DNA of 63,881 nt, the filler included, from Octopus bimaculoides (lineage: Eukaryota), in NCBI RefSeq assembly GCF_001194135.2. It is 7 parts of 7 records of this genome, joined end to end, with 100 filler letters (N's around TTAATTAATTAA, not from the genome) between each part and the next. Parts side by side here need not be neighbours in the genome. Positions count along the whole stretch, not along the records: positions 62,815 to 63,881 come from NC_068985.1; 6 more parts are not named here. The stretch is one strand, 5' to 3'. The notes beneath the pieces were generated by a model, which saw only the letters and a list, made by a program, of their open reading frames with translations, was not told the DNA's origin and searched no databases. Position 1 is the first letter of the stretch, and every line of letters begins with the position of its first letter. This document shows positions 63,245 to 63,881 of the stretch, one piece after another. Both the position numbers and the translations under genes were made by a program.

Positions 63245-63462
63245 TGCTGATTTCCCGGATTCTGTGGTGTATGTATTCCCCGCCTGGATGGGACGCTGAT
63301 CCGTCGCAGAATTACTCATTTTAGGTAGCTGAGTGGACTGGAACAACGTGAAGTGAGGTGTTTTGCTTAAGAACACAACACATCGCCCGGTCAGGAATTG
63401 AAATTACAATCTTACGATCATGAGTGCAAACACCCTAACCACCAAGCCACGCACCTCCACAA
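63245..63462 (-). mobile_element. SINE with D-type head/core and a third tail type
   Basis: Minus strand: GTGCGTGGCTTGGTGGTTAGG...GTGTTCTTAAGCAAAACAC...CCAGTCCACTCAGC, then CAGCGTCCCATCCAGGCGGGG. Confidence 0.72.
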
Positions 63463-63566
63463 CATTAAAACAGTAGAGCACGATTTGAAGGAATTTGGCT
63501 TCTATTTGTAACAAATCGAGTGATTATAAATGGGTTCTCTTGTTGAGTCATCTTTACTGATCATAT

Positions 63567-63881
63567 GTGGAGGCGCAATGGCCCAGTGGTTAGGGCAGCG
63601 GACACGCGGTCATAGGATCGCTGTTTCGATTCCCAGACCGGGCGTTGTGAGTGTTTATTGAGCGAAAACATCTAAAGCTCCACGAGGCTCCGGCAGGGGA
63701 TGGTGGCGAACCCTGCTGTACTATTTCACCACAACTTTCTCTCACTCTTTCTTCCTGTTTCTGTTGTACCTGTATTTCAAAGGGTCAGCCTTGTCACACT
63801 CCGTGTCATACTGAATATCCCCGAGAACTACGTTAAGGGTACACGTGTTTGTGGAGTTCTCAGCCACTTGCACGTTAATTT
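63567..63881 (+). mobile_element. SINE family A, runs off the window end
   Basis: GTGGAGGCGCAATGGCCCAGTGG head and body. Confidence 0.92.

Noticed and set aside
60-63836. Long ORFs in the track (poly-X, poly-His/Met, VCVC, YIYI, LSLS)
   Set aside because: They are translations of N gaps and of di-, tri- or pentanucleotide repeats, with no domain content.

Overview
AT-rich, repeat-saturated animal DNA from a gapped draft assembly, with many N runs and artificial TTAATTAATTAA spacers. The SINE repertoire and microsatellite density look like a coleoid cephalopod (Octopus-like); this is inferred from sequence style, not from a database match. I cannot confidently identify any intact host protein-coding gene. 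The long ORFs in the track are translated microsatellites or N gaps, and the short ORFs with recognisable motifs are transposon fragments. Contents: (1) four tRNA-derived SINE families, labelled A-D here, with about 35 copies and swapped modules; (2) decayed non-LTR retroelements of RTE, R4/Dong-type, L1/Tx1-type and Penelope-like classes; (3) DNA transposon relics of Merlin/IS1595-like, mariner/Tc1, hAT-like MITE and Helitron/HINE-like types, plus an unassigned MITE; (4) simple repeats and minisatellites. Most interesting: a Penelope-like element whose terminal repeat joins a tRNA-like Pol III cassette to a minimal hammerhead ribozyme motif; a GG...CC MITE family with 6-bp TSDs that carries a four-tract TTAGGG motif; a 5'-inverted (twin-priming-like) RTE insertion next to a near-perfect 63-nt hairpin; tandem Dong-type inserts in a TAA tract; and a tentative phase-consistent chain of minus-strand microexons. 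Coordinates of degenerate repeats are approximate, to about +/-10 bp.
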